52,319 nucleotides of DNA from Patescibacteria group bacterium (GCA_051745565.1 JBNJEF010000001.1:1-52319), one strand, 5' to 3'; counted from the first letter of the stretch, positions 17,110-27,382 are shown. The notes: generated by a model from the letters alone, not told the origin. Translations and numbers: made by a program.

Positions 17110-18409
17110 ATGGTTTTATATTATACTCCCGATTCTTTTGGTAGTGGTTTTCGCTTTGCTCGTTGTACGGTTTACGGGACTTTCTCTTTTCGCGCTCGGG
17201 GAAGTGGATTTAATGGAGGAGAAAGATAATAATACTTTAGCGGAAACATCTGAGGATACCGAGGAAGAAGAAAAAGACAATGAAGGGAAGGACGAAGAAG
17301 AAGATGCGGAAGAAAAAGAAGAAAAAGAGACTTTCACTCCGCTGAGAGTTGAAACACCCGAAGAAGTAAAAGCACTTTATATGACAAATTGCTATGCCGG
17401 AACCCCTTCTTTACGGGATGGTTTGGTGTCTCTTATAGAAAAAACGGAACTTAACTCCATTGTTATAGATATAAAAGATTATACCGGTATGATCTCTTTT
17501 AAGGCCGAAGACCCCGAACTTGCTGATGCTTATGCCACCCACTGTCCGGTCAAGGACATGAGGGAATTCGTTTACGATCTGAATGAGAAGGGGATATATG
17601 TAATAGGTAGAATAACTGTTTTTCAGGATAAATATCTGGCCAACAAACGTCCGGATCTAGCTGTTCTCAGTGAGAGTGATAAAGAGGTATGGAAAGACAA
17701 TAAAGGTATAAGCTTTACCGACCCTTCGGCGGAAGAGGTCTGGGATTATCATATTCGCTTAAGTAAAGAATCTTACCGATTGGGTTTTGATGAGCTAAAT
17801 TTTGATTACATTCGTTTTCCTTCGGACGGACCGATGAATAATATATATTTTCCTCATTCCGAGGATAGAGATAAGGCTGATGTTATGGAAGAGTTCTTTT
17901 TCCATCTGGAAAAAGAGCTTGAAGGTTTGGAGGTGGTAACTTCTGCCGATATTTTCGGTTTAACGACCTCAGCCAAGGACGACCTTGGTATTGGACAGGT
18001 TTGGGAGAAGGTTCTTCCTTATTTTGATTATCTCTCTCCCATGGTTTACCCTTCGCATTACCCCTTCGGGTTCAAGGGGTTGGGAGACCCCAATGATTCT
18101 CCGTATGAGGTTGTCAAGTGGTCTTTGGATGATGCTGTAGACAGGACCGTTTCCGCCACTACTACGGTAAAGACCATCGGAGCCCAAAGAGTTGGAACTA
18201 CCACGCCGGCGGTTTATGAAAAAGAAGTTTTTGATGAAGACGTAATAAGGCCCTGGATACAGGATTTCCGTTACGGCGGAGCTTATACGGCCGAAGACAT
18301 TCTTCTGCAGGTAAAGGCCGTTTATGATTCCGGACTTGATTCTTGGATGTTGTGGGATCCGGCCAATAGGTATACCCCCGCCGCCTTACAGTCTGTGTTG
18401 GAAGAGTAG
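17102..18409 (+). CDS. putative glycoside hydrolase-like TIM-barrel protein (GHL10/DUF4015-like), membrane anchored
   Basis: N-terminal TM segment, then an acidic linker, then KALYMT...LNSIVIDIKDYTG...ELNFDYIRFP, resembling the COG1306 putative glycosyl hydrolase family. Confidence 0.65.
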   Translation: MNRWFYIILPILLVVVFALLVVRFTGLSLFALGEVDLMEEKDNNTLAETSEDTEEEEKDNEGKDEEEDAEEKEEKETFTPLRVETPEEVKALYMTNCYAGTPSLRDGLVSLIEKTELNSIVIDIKDYTGMISFKAEDPELADAYATHCPVKDMREFVYDLNEKGIYVIGRITVFQDKYLANKRPDLAVLSESDKEVWKDNKGISFTDPSAEEVWDYHIRLSKESYRLGFDELNFDYIRFPSDGPMNNIYFPHSEDRDKADVMEEFFFHLEKELEGLEVVTSADIFGLTTSAKDDLGIGQVWEKVLPYFDYLSPMVYPSHYPFGFKGLGDPNDSPYEVVKWSLDDAVDRTVSATTTVKTIGAQRVGTTTPAVYEKEVFDEDVIRPWIQDFRYGGAYTAEDILLQVKAVYDSGLDSWMLWDPANRYTPAALQSVLEE

Positions 18410-18437
18410 ATATTCAGATCTCTTTTTCTTGATATTG

Positions 18438-18469
18438 CTTCCGGATGTTTTCGCCAAAATGTCCGGAAG
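18438..18469. terminator. imperfect 14-bp-arm hairpin (terminator or operator)
   Basis: cttccggatgtttt-cgcc-aaaatgtccggaag, with 12 of 14 arm positions complementary. It lies between the GHL gene stop and the ATPase gene start. Confidence 0.4.
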
Positions 18470-18478
18470 TGTTATTAT

Positions 18479-20266
18479 ATGAACATAAGAGATATATTTA
18501 TGGAGGATACCAATCCGGAAAAAGTTACTTATATAGGAAAAACCGATTCGCGTAATAAGCGTAAAACTTTCGGAATAAAGGCCAGTGACCGCTCCCGTCA
18601 TATGTATGTTATCGGTAAGACCGGAATGGGTAAATCAACTCTTCTTGAGAATATGGCCGTTCAGGATATTAGAAACGGAGAAGGGTTGGCTTTCATTGAT
18701 CCACATGGTAAAAGCGCCGACCTTCTTCTTGATTATGTACCTAAAGAACGGATCCGGGATGTCATATATTTCGCCCCTTTTGACGTTGATCACCCCATAT
18801 CTTTCAATGTAATGGAAGACGTCGGCTATGATAAGCGTCACTTGGTTATGAGCGGTTTGATGAGTGCCTTTAAGAAGATATGGGTGGATGCTTGGTCTGC
18901 CAGAATGGAGTACATTTTAGGTAATACTTTGCTTGCTCTTCTGGAATATCCGGGTTCAACGCTTCTTAGCATAAACAGAATGTTCTCAGATAAGGAGTAC
19001 CGTAAAAAGGTGGTTGATAACGTAACGGATTCAACCGTAAAGGCCTTCTGGGAAGAAGAGTTTGCCAAATATACCGATAGATTCGCCGCAGAGGCCACGC
19101 CTGCCATACAGAACAAAGTCGGACAGTTCACGGCCAATCCCTTAATAAGGAACATAATCGGACAGCCCACTTCCAGCTTTGATCTTCGGAAGGCCATAGA
19201 TGATAAAAGCATATTCATAGTTAATCTCTCCAAGGGACGCATAGGAGAGATAAACGCTAATCTTTTAGGTAGTATCCTCATAACCAAGTTGTATCTTTCC
19301 GCTATGTCCAGAGCAGATACTGCAGAACAAGAATTAAAAGGTCTTCCCAACTTTTTCCTTTATGTAGATGAGTTTCAATCGTTTGCCAATGAGTCTTTTG
19401 CCGATATTCTATCTGAGGCCAGAAAGTATAAGCTTAACTTAACAGTTGCTCATCAGTATATAGAGCAGATGGCCGAAGAGGTTAAGGAAGCCGTATTTGG
19501 CAACGTGGGCACCATGATCTCTTTTCGTGTGGGGGCTTATGACGCGGAGGTTTTGGAAAAGGAGTTTGCTCCTAAGTTTACGGCAGAGGATCTTGTGAAC
19601 TTGGGTTTCGCTCAGATATATTTGAAACTTATGATAGACGGTATTAGTTCCGCTCCTTTTTCTGCGACCACATTGCCACCTATAGAACCTCCGGAGCTTT
19701 CAGTTAAGCGGGAGATAATTGAATATTCCAGAGAGAAATATTCATATCCCAGATCACAAGTGGAAGATCACATAAAGAAGTGGTACGATCCGGCAAAGAT
19801 CGCACCCAAAGAAGAAGGATCAAAGAAAGAAGTAAACGATAAGAGCAAGAATAAAAAGAAAGGCAAACCGCCACTAAATAAAAAAGCACCCCCTAAAGAT
19901 GAGGAGGAGACAGAAGATGTCGGAGAAGAGTTAAAGAGCGCTCTTTCAAAGGGCAAAAGATCTACTGACAGAAGGGCCCCGGTTACAGACGACAGTAAAA
20001 TGGGCCTTCGTGAAGCACTGGCTTCGTTGGCAATGAAAGGGCCGTTTTCTCAAAAAAGGGAGGAGAGAGGAAAAGGGGAGCAATCAGAGAAAAACGATAA
20101 TAGAGACAGAGAGAATAATGAAAGTAAAGATCAAAAAGAAGAAAATGGCAAACAATCCTCTTTTGATAAAAGTGAAGATTCTAAAAGTAAAAATATTCGG
20201 GAAGTTCCCAAAAGCGAACTTGAAAGAATATTAAATATAGAAGAAGAGGGAACGGATAAACACTGA
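18479..20266 (+). CDS. soluble VirD4/TraD/TrwB-like (type IV coupling protein-like) P-loop ATPase with Lys/Glu-rich C-terminal tail
   Basis: Walker A GKTGMGKST and Walker B-like FFLYVDEFQSF. Layout resembles the coupling-protein AAA-like domain, with no N-terminal TM segments. The last 150 aa or so are low complexity (KKEVNDKSKNKKKGKPP...). Confidence 0.7.
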   Translation: MNIRDIFMEDTNPEKVTYIGKTDSRNKRKTFGIKASDRSRHMYVIGKTGMGKSTLLENMAVQDIRNGEGLAFIDPHGKSADLLLDYVPKERIRDVIYFAPFDVDHPISFNVMEDVGYDKRHLVMSGLMSAFKKIWVDAWSARMEYILGNTLLALLEYPGSTLLSINRMFSDKEYRKKVVDNVTDSTVKAFWEEEFAKYTDRFAAEATPAIQNKVGQFTANPLIRNIIGQPTSSFDLRKAIDDKSIFIVNLSKGRIGEINANLLGSILITKLYLSAMSRADTAEQELKGLPNFFLYVDEFQSFANESFADILSEARKYKLNLTVAHQYIEQMAEEVKEAVFGNVGTMISFRVGAYDAEVLEKEFAPKFTAEDLVNLGFAQIYLKLMIDGISSAPFSATTLPPIEPPELSVKREIIEYSREKYSYPRSQVEDHIKKWYDPAKIAPKEEGSKKEVNDKSKNKKKGKPPLNKKAPPKDEEETEDVGEELKSALSKGKRSTDRRAPVTDDSKMGLREALASLAMKGPFSQKREERGKGEQSEKNDNRDRENNESKDQKEENGKQSSFDKSEDSKSKNIREVPKSELERILNIEEEGTDKH

Positions 20267-20281
20267 TACTATTTCCTTATC

Positions 20282-21304
20282 ATGGCCTTAATAAAAGAAA
20301 ATATCGGACTCGCCCCTTTTACCACTTTAGGGGTCGGGGGCGCGGCTCGTTTTTTTGCTCGTGCGGATTCGGTTGAATGTCTCAAACAGGTTAATTCCTT
20401 TGCCAAGAGTAAGGGGTTGCCTTTTATTGTTTTAGGAGGAGGATCCAATATACTTGTCTCTGATAGCGGGGTTGATGGGGTGGTGGTTAAAATGAATACA
20501 AAAGGAATAAAGTGGACGAAAGAAGACGACCACGGAGATGTGTTCATGGAAGTTTCCGCCGGCGAGGTTTGGGATGATGTTGTTGAGGAATCAACCCGCA
20601 GAGGTTTTTATGGAATTGAGAATCTATCCGGTATTCCCGGAACGGCGGGAGCCTCTCCTGTTCAGAATATAGGCGCTTACGGTGTTGAGGTTTCTGAGGC
20701 GGTGAGCTGTGTTACGGCTTACGATACTGAAAAAGAAGAAATGATCACTTTTAGTAAAGAAGAATGCCAATTTGGTTATAGAGAAAGTATCTTCAAAAAA
20801 AACCATGGACGTTTCATTGTTACTTCTCTGACTCTCTGTCTTTCAAGGTTTGGAGAACCTGTTTGCTCCTATAAGGATATAGCGGAAAAGATGAGTAACA
20901 CCGAAGAGAAACCGGATCCTCAAACCATGCGACAGATAGTGCTTGATATAAGAGATAAAAAATTTCCCGATATGGACCTTTATGGATCTGCCGGTTCTTT
21001 TTTCAAGAACCCTGTTGTATCCGGATCAAAGTTAAAGGAGCTAAAGCAAGACTATCCCAATATTCCTTTTTATTCGTTTGATTCAGGTCATTCTAAAGTG
21101 CCTTTGGCTTGGATATTGGATAAGGTTTTGGGACTCCGTGGAAAGAGTGAAGGTAATGTGGGTCTTTTTGAAGGTCAGCCTCTTGTTTTAATAACTTATA
21201 AGAATGCCAATGCTTCAGAAGTGGTCTCTTTTGCTGAGAGGGTAAGAAATAAAGTTTTGGAAACAACGGGATTGGAGGTTGAGTACGAAGTGGTTATTTT
21301 GTAA
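20282..21304 (+). CDS. murB: UDP-N-acetylenolpyruvoylglucosamine reductase
   Basis: FTTLGVGGAAR, LGGGSNILV, and GAYGVE...GYRES / AGSFFKNP motifs. Confidence 0.92.
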   Translation: MALIKENIGLAPFTTLGVGGAARFFARADSVECLKQVNSFAKSKGLPFIVLGGGSNILVSDSGVDGVVVKMNTKGIKWTKEDDHGDVFMEVSAGEVWDDVVEESTRRGFYGIENLSGIPGTAGASPVQNIGAYGVEVSEAVSCVTAYDTEKEEMITFSKEECQFGYRESIFKKNHGRFIVTSLTLCLSRFGEPVCSYKDIAEKMSNTEEKPDPQTMRQIVLDIRDKKFPDMDLYGSAGSFFKNPVVSGSKLKELKQDYPNIPFYSFDSGHSKVPLAWILDKVLGLRGKSEGNVGLFEGQPLVLITYKNANASEVVSFAERVRNKVLETTGLEVEYEVVIL

Positions 21305-21410
21305 GAGGATATCCACAATTTTGCCTGACAATCAATTGTTAAGTTCGGGTATATGTAAGATAATATATTCAGGTCGATATATTTTAATAAAACAAGTAGT
21401 TTTCAAAAAT

Positions 21411-21635
21411 ATGGCCATTAAAAAGAAGGCCGTGAGTGCTGCTTCCAAAAAGAGAACTTCATCTAGAAAAACGCCGACTAAGAGAAAGGGTTCGGTAAAA
21501 AAATTATCTACTCCAAAAAGAAAAGTCGCTAAGAAAACAGCTTCTCGCAAAACTGCCACCAAGAGTAAAAGCAAAAGTGTGAAGAGAGCTCCTGTCAAAA
21601 AAACAACTTCTCGGGGGCGTAAGAACAAAAGTTAG
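21411..21635 (+). CDS. lysine-rich histone H1-like / nucleoid-associated protein
   Basis: 74 aa of K/A/T/S/R low complexity (KKKAVSAASKKRTSSRKTPTKRKG...). The track ORF 5' extension overlaps murB and is discarded. Confidence 0.6.
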   Translation: MAIKKKAVSAASKKRTSSRKTPTKRKGSVKKLSTPKRKVAKKTASRKTATKSKSKSVKRAPVKKTTSRGRKNKS

Positions 21636-21668
21636 CAGTGTTTTTCATATACTCCGTGCTTCAGTTTA

Positions 21669-21699
21669 ACACCGCTCTTTCAAAGAGCGGTGTTTCTTG
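21669..21699 (+). terminator. intrinsic terminator
   Basis: acaccgctcttt / aaagagcggtgt is a near-perfect palindrome followed by ttcttgt. It lies downstream of the H1-like gene. Confidence 0.65.
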
Positions 21700-21731
21700 T
21701 AGAGATGTCCTTAAATATGTATACTTGTGCC

Positions 21732-24215
21732 ATGGATTTTATAAAAAAACTTTTCGGAGATGAATTTACTCGTCCTATAAAGAAGTATCAACCCATTTTA
21801 GAAAAGATAAACAGCTTTGAGGACAGTATATCCTCGCTCTCCGACGATAATTTAAAAGGTAAGACGGAGGAGTTTAAAAAGAGAATTGCTGAAGGTGAAA
21901 GCTTGGATGATATTCTTCCCGAGGCTTTTGCTGTGGTGAGAGAAGTCGCCAAAAGAACCCTTTCACAAAGGCATTTTGATGTTCAGATGTTAGGAGGTAT
22001 TGCTCTTCATATGGGAACCATAACCGAAATGCGCACAGGAGAAGGAAAGACCCTTGTGGCCACCTTGCCGGTCTATCTTAATGCTCTGGAGGGCAAAGGA
22101 GCGCATGTGGTGACTGTTAACGATTATCTATCAAAAAGAGATGCGGTTTGGATGGGGCAGATATATGATTTTTTAGGTCTGTCTGTTGGTATTGTTATTC
22201 ATGATAATTCTTTTATATATGATAGTAGCGCCTTTGTTGACAAGGACGAAGAGAGAGACGAAAAAGGTTCTTTCAAGGTAGTAGAGGAATTCCTAAGGCC
22301 GGTAAATAGACCTGAAGCGTACGGTGCGGATATTACTTATGGTACTAATAATGAATTCGGCTTTGATTATCTGCGCGATAACATAGAAACCAATGTGGAG
22401 AAACTGCGCCAGAGAGAATTTAACTATGCCATTGTTGACGAGGTTGACTCTATATTGATAGATGAGGCCAGAACACCTCTTATAATTTCGGCTCCCGCCG
22501 CGGAAGCGGAGGATCTTTACGTTAATTTTGCTCGAATAGTCAATCAGTTGAAACCGGAGGAGGATTATACTGTGGACGAGAAAAGTCGTTCCATAAATCT
22601 TACTCAGCAAGGTATAGGTAAGGCTGAGAAGGCTTTAGGTGTTGAGAACATATACACGGAAAGAGGGATAAAGTATGTCCATCATTTAGAGACCGCCGTA
22701 AGGGCCAAGGCTCTGTTTCAAAAGGACACTGATTATGTTGTTCGTGATGGAAGTGTCGTTTTGGTAGACCCCTTTACTGGACGTCTCCAAGGTGGCAAGC
22801 GCCTTTCCGAAGGCCTTCACCAGGCCATAGAAGCTAAGGAAGGTCTTCCTATACAAAGAGAGTCCAGAACCTTTGCATCTGTTACTTACCAAAACTTCTT
22901 TAAAATGTATCCGAAGCTCTCGGGTATGACCGGAACAGCGACAACTTCCTCGGAAGAATTTTTCAGGGTTTATGGACTCTCTACCGTGTCTATTCCTACC
23001 AATAAACCCTCCCAAAGAGTAGACAGGAACGATCTTATATTTCAGACGGAGCAGGGAAAGTTCAAGGCGGTCGCCAAAAAAGTAAAAGAACTTAATAAAA
23101 AAGGTCAACCGGTTCTTATCGGGACTGTGTCCATAGAAAAAAATGAGGTTCTATCCGAGTATATGACAAGATACGGAGTTCCTCATCAAGTTCTAAATGC
23201 CAAAAATCACGAACGGGAAGGAGAGATAATAGCTCACGCCGGCCAGAAAGGAGCGGTTACTATCGCTACCAATATGGCGGGAAGAGGAGTTGACATAAAA
23301 TTGGGTGGAGTTAATGCCGGCGAAAAGGAGTACGAGGAGGTTAAGGCTCTGGGCGGATTGTATATTATAGGAACTGAGCGTCATGAGGCGCGACGTATAG
23401 ATGATCAGTTGCGAGGTCGTTCCGGAAGGCAAGGGGATCCGGGGGAAACTCAGTTTTACGTTTCTCTTGAAGATACTCTGATGAGGGTTTTTGCATCTGA
23501 TGCTATGAAGAATATGATGGGCACTTTTAAGGTGCCGGAAGATCAGTCTATAGAGAACCGTTTCATTACTCGTTCATTGGAAAAGGCTCAGGCCAGAATA
23601 GAAGGATTTCACTTTGATTCTCGTAAACAGATACTTAAATATGACGATGTACTTAGCCACCAGAGAAGATCCGTTTATGAAGAGCGCAGGAAAGTGCTTT
23701 TGGGTGACAAGGAGAAAATAGAAGAATTTATAGAAAGAGCGAAGGAGGTTATGATGCCGGAACAGGAAAGATCTCTTAAGGAATTACAGAAGAATAATGA
23801 TGAGGAGGAATTTTATGAAATAGCTCGTAAGACCATTTTACAGACCATAGATATCTTCTGGATGGAGCATCTGGAGATGATGAACTATACGCGCTCCAGT
23901 GTTAATTTGCGCGCCTATGGGCAGAGGGATCCATTGGTTGAGTACAAAAGAGAAGGGTTGCGTCTCTTTAAGGAAATGAGAGAAGGTGTTGTTGAAGAGG
24001 TGGCCAATCTTTTGCCTTATGCCGAAAAAGGAGTAAAGGAGGCACAGAAACCTTCGGGATTAAGAGAGATACACAAGGCGGGATCCGTGTTGGCGGCGGC
24101 AGGTGGTAATAAGAATGACGGAGGTTCCTCGGAGGATAAGGATGAGAAAGTGGGAAGAAATGATCTCTGTCCTTGCGGTTCGGGTAAGAAATACAAAAAG
24201 TGCCACGGGAAATAG
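21732..24215 (+). CDS. secA: preprotein translocase ATPase SecA
   Basis: MDFIKKLFGD N-terminus, MRTGEGKT Walker A, DEVDSILIDEARTPLIIS, and a C-terminal zinc motif CPCGSGKKYKKCHGK. The track start at 21690 is GTG inside the terminator. Confidence 0.96.
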   Translation: MDFIKKLFGDEFTRPIKKYQPILEKINSFEDSISSLSDDNLKGKTEEFKKRIAEGESLDDILPEAFAVVREVAKRTLSQRHFDVQMLGGIALHMGTITEMRTGEGKTLVATLPVYLNALEGKGAHVVTVNDYLSKRDAVWMGQIYDFLGLSVGIVIHDNSFIYDSSAFVDKDEERDEKGSFKVVEEFLRPVNRPEAYGADITYGTNNEFGFDYLRDNIETNVEKLRQREFNYAIVDEVDSILIDEARTPLIISAPAAEAEDLYVNFARIVNQLKPEEDYTVDEKSRSINLTQQGIGKAEKALGVENIYTERGIKYVHHLETAVRAKALFQKDTDYVVRDGSVVLVDPFTGRLQGGKRLSEGLHQAIEAKEGLPIQRESRTFASVTYQNFFKMYPKLSGMTGTATTSSEEFFRVYGLSTVSIPTNKPSQRVDRNDLIFQTEQGKFKAVAKKVKELNKKGQPVLIGTVSIEKNEVLSEYMTRYGVPHQVLNAKNHEREGEIIAHAGQKGAVTIATNMAGRGVDIKLGGVNAGEKEYEEVKALGGLYIIGTERHEARRIDDQLRGRSGRQGDPGETQFYVSLEDTLMRVFASDAMKNMMGTFKVPEDQSIENRFITRSLEKAQARIEGFHFDSRKQILKYDDVLSHQRRSVYEERRKVLLGDKEKIEEFIERAKEVMMPEQERSLKELQKNNDEEEFYEIARKTILQTIDIFWMEHLEMMNYTRSSVNLRAYGQRDPLVEYKREGLRLFKEMREGVVEEVANLLPYAEKGVKEAQKPSGLREIHKAGSVLAAAGGNKNDGGSSEDKDEKVGRNDLCPCGSGKKYKKCHGK

Positions 24216-24338
24216 TACGGCTTTATTATTTTAAATACAATACAGATAGAAGGTATTAAATAATTAAAACCGAAAAAGAAAGTACGGATCCTGTTTAGTT
24301 AATATTTTCGTTCTGAATATTTATAACTTTTCATTTTT

Positions 24339-24995
24339 ATGATAGCCGGTCTTGTAGAAGCTCTAGAGGAAATAATAAGATCGCTCGGAGTCTGGGGGGT
24401 CTTGGCCGCTTCCTTTATTGAAGAGATCGTAGCACCTCTACCTTCACCGGTAGTGATGACCACTTCGGGTTTTTTCTTGCTTGAAGGAGATCTCTCTTTG
24501 CAATTTGTTTTAACATTGGTTTTCTTAATAGCCATTCCTTATGGTGTTGGGGTTACGCTTGGTTCTTTTTTTCTTTACGGAATATTTCGAATATTCGGAG
24601 AGGATGCGATCAGAAGATGGGGTGGCTGGTTCGGTATATCTTGGGCCAAGGTGGAGAGTATAAAAAAGAAAATGGATAAGTCCCGCTGGGATGAGGCTAC
24701 ACTTTTCTTCTTAAGAGTGGTTCCTATCGTTCCTAGTGCGGTTTTAGCTTCGGTATCCGGTCTAATAAAAATGAATTTTTTGAATTACACTCTTATTACT
24801 CTTCTCGGAGTTACACTGCGCGCTTGTATGTTCGCCAGTCTGGGTTGGTATTTGGGAGAAGCTTACAGGAAATATGCCAAAACAATAGGGGAAATAGAAT
24901 CTCTAATAGGGTACGGCTTTCTTTCCTTATTATTGGGTCTTTTGATAATTATGTTCATTTATACACAGGCAAGACGCAAAAATGTGATAAAATAA
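24339..24995 (+). CDS. DedA/SNARE-associated family membrane protein
   Basis: 218 aa, multi-pass. EEIVAPLPSPVVM and RVVPIVPSAV resemble the VTT/DedA domain. Confidence 0.7.
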   Translation: MIAGLVEALEEIIRSLGVWGVLAASFIEEIVAPLPSPVVMTTSGFFLLEGDLSLQFVLTLVFLIAIPYGVGVTLGSFFLYGIFRIFGEDAIRRWGGWFGISWAKVESIKKKMDKSRWDEATLFFLRVVPIVPSAVLASVSGLIKMNFLNYTLITLLGVTLRACMFASLGWYLGEAYRKYAKTIGEIESLIGYGFLSLLLGLLIIMFIYTQARRKNVIK

Positions 24996-25033
24996 CTTAC
25001 GTAATTTAAGTAAAGCGTTCATATCAGGCGTTC

Positions 25034-26086
25034 ATGCTAACAGCAAAAGCACAACTAAGGTTTCTTCTGGTTCTTGCCTTAGCGGCGGTTCTATTATCTT
25101 TTTTCATAATACAACCATATCTGCCGGCACTTTTTTTGGCGGTTATTTTTGTTATAGCCTTCTTGCCCGCACATCGATTTATTCGCAGGATCTTAGGGGG
25201 AAGGCATAACCCTTCTGCAATGATAAGTACTCTTTTAGTCCTTTTGATAATATTCATTCCTCTAACTCTGTTCGGTTTTTTGCTTTTTCAGGAGACCCTT
25301 TCTCTTTACGAAGGGGGTGTTTCTGAAACAGCTGTGGCCGATATAGTTGAAAACGCCACTTTGTCTTTGGAGAACAAGATCTCTGAGTTTTTTCCGACTG
25401 CTGAAATAAATATACGCCAATATACGGATATAGATGAAGCCATAGCTCAGGTGCCGGCAACAGTTGTTAATTATTTTGATAAAATATTTGCAAGTATTTT
25501 GCGGATAGGAGTGGGACTTCTTTTGATGATCTTGGGGATGTTCTATCTGTTCAGAGATGGCGGAAAACTTATGGAGAGAATAAGAAAGATAAGCCCTCTC
25601 AAAAAAGAATATACCAATACTATTTTCTCAAAGACGGTAGAAACCGTTAACGCCGTCATAAGGGGGCGCTTGCTTGTAGGGATCATTCTGGGCTTTTTTA
25701 TCGGAACAGGATTTGCCCTCTTTGCTCTTCCCGGTCCCGTCTTTTGGGGTTCAATCGCCGCCATAGCCTCAATGTTGCCTTTACTTGGTCCTATGTTGAT
25801 AATTATCCCCGCGTCTTTAATACTTTTTTCCATGGGCTCCGCTTGGTCGGCTATCGGTATTCTGGCTTGGGGTATAATAGCTGTTATCGTGGAAGAGTAT
25901 TTGGGGGCCATACTCATAAATCAGCGAATGAATATACACCCTTACCTTGTTTTGCTTTCCGTTATTGGTGGAATGAGTTTTTTTGGTCCCGTGGGGTTTG
26001 TGGTCGGCCCGGTTGTTTTAGCTTTATTGTTTGCTATACTGGAAATATATCCGCTTCTTACCAAGCCGGACGCGTATGAAACTTGA
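25034..26086 (+). CDS. AI-2E family transporter (PerM/TqsA-like permease)
   Basis: 350 aa with about 8 TM segments and a family-like layout (LFRDGGKL..., GRLLVG..., GPVGFVVGPVVLA). Confidence 0.75.
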   Translation: MLTAKAQLRFLLVLALAAVLLSFFIIQPYLPALFLAVIFVIAFLPAHRFIRRILGGRHNPSAMISTLLVLLIIFIPLTLFGFLLFQETLSLYEGGVSETAVADIVENATLSLENKISEFFPTAEINIRQYTDIDEAIAQVPATVVNYFDKIFASILRIGVGLLLMILGMFYLFRDGGKLMERIRKISPLKKEYTNTIFSKTVETVNAVIRGRLLVGIILGFFIGTGFALFALPGPVFWGSIAAIASMLPLLGPMLIIIPASLILFSMGSAWSAIGILAWGIIAVIVEEYLGAILINQRMNIHPYLVLLSVIGGMSFFGPVGFVVGPVVLALLFAILEIYPLLTKPDAYET

Positions 26087-26134
26087 TCTTATGCCAATGA
26101 ATTAGATTATGATTAGCACTAAGACAAAATATTT

Positions 26135-27382
26135 ATGAAAGTTCTGATGTTCGGCTGGGAATTCCCACCCCACAACAGTGGCGGTTTGGGGGTTGCTTGT
26201 AAGGGAATAGTAGACGCTCTCTGTGCCAAGGGTACAGCTGTTTCTTTTGTGCTTCCCACCAAAGTTCCTTTGTCACCTTCGGATAAGAATGTTCTTTTTG
26301 CTGATAAGGGAAAAGAAATGCTCTCTGCTAAAGGAGTAGATGTTCTTCTAACTCCTTACATCACTTCGGATGTTTATGATGAAGAAAAGATAAAGGAGGA
26401 CAAAAAAAAGAGCGGAAAGAAAAAGAAACGCTCTTCCGGTTATGCCAAGAATCTAGTGGAAGAGGTTTACCGGTACGGAGAGCTGGCGGGGGATATTGCC
26501 GAGAGCGAAGAGCATGATGTTATCCATGCACACGATTGGCTTTCTTTTGAGGCGGGAATAGCTGCCAAGGAAGCCAGCGGTAAACCTTTTATAGCTCATA
26601 TACATGCCACCGAGTTTGATCGTTGCGGTGACAATGTTAATCCGCAAGTTTATGAAATAGAAAGAAGAGGGTTGCATGCGGCCGATTGCGTCGTTGCCGT
26701 TTCTTCTCTTACTAAGGATATAGTTGTTAATAAGTACGGTGTACCGGAGGAGAAGGTTACAGTGGTTCACAATGGCATAAGAGAAGAAGATTACAGCGAG
26801 GTTTTAGAAGATTCTCCCGCTTCCGTGGTGAGCAAAATAAAAGATCATGGCTATAAGATCGTTCTCTTTGTTGGCAGGATAACTTTCCAAAAGGGTCCTG
26901 ACTATTTCGTTAAGATGGCTAAAAAAGTTCGCGCTTATGAACCCAATACATTCTTTGTGGTTTGCGGTTCAGGGGATATGGAAAACCAAATGATCCGCGA
27001 AGCGGCCGCAGCCAAAATGTCCGACAGATTCATTTTCACCGGATTTTTAAGAGGACAGGCCTTAAACACCGTTTACAAGAATGCTGATATATATATTATG
27101 CCTTCCGTTTCCGAGCCTTTCGGTCTGACTCCGCTTGAGGCGATGATACAGAATACGCCGGTTTTGATATCCCGTCAGTCCGGGGTGAGCGAAGTTGTTG
27201 ACCATGCCCTTAAAGCTGATTTTTGGGATATTGACGATATGACCAATAAGGTCGTTTCTGTTTTGAAAAACCCTTCTCTTTACCAATGTCTTCGCTCCAA
27301 CGGAAAAGTGGAAGTTTCCCGAATTAACTGGTATCCGGCTACCGATAAGCTCATCTCTCTTTATAGAAAAATGGCAAGTTAG
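26135..27382 (+). CDS. glycogen synthase-like glycosyltransferase (GT-B, GT4/GT5-like)
   Basis: MKVLMFGWEFPPHNSGGLGVA N-terminus like archaeal-type glycogen synthases. The C-terminal PSVSEPFGLTPLEAM is an E-x7-E-type motif. Confidence 0.8.
   Translation: MKVLMFGWEFPPHNSGGLGVACKGIVDALCAKGTAVSFVLPTKVPLSPSDKNVLFADKGKEMLSAKGVDVLLTPYITSDVYDEEKIKEDKKKSGKKKKRSSGYAKNLVEEVYRYGELAGDIAESEEHDVIHAHDWLSFEAGIAAKEASGKPFIAHIHATEFDRCGDNVNPQVYEIERRGLHAADCVVAVSSLTKDIVVNKYGVPEEKVTVVHNGIREEDYSEVLEDSPASVVSKIKDHGYKIVLFVGRITFQKGPDYFVKMAKKVRAYEPNTFFVVCGSGDMENQMIREAAAAKMSDRFIFTGFLRGQALNTVYKNADIYIMPSVSEPFGLTPLEAMIQNTPVLISRQSGVSEVVDHALKADFWDIDDMTNKVVSVLKNPSLYQCLRSNGKVEVSRINWYPATDKLISLYRKMAS

Noticed and set aside
21279-21410. 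Upstream extension of the H1-like ORF overlapping the murB 3' end
   Set aside because: The extension has no protein-like features and overlaps murB. The lysine-rich region begins exactly at ATG 21411.
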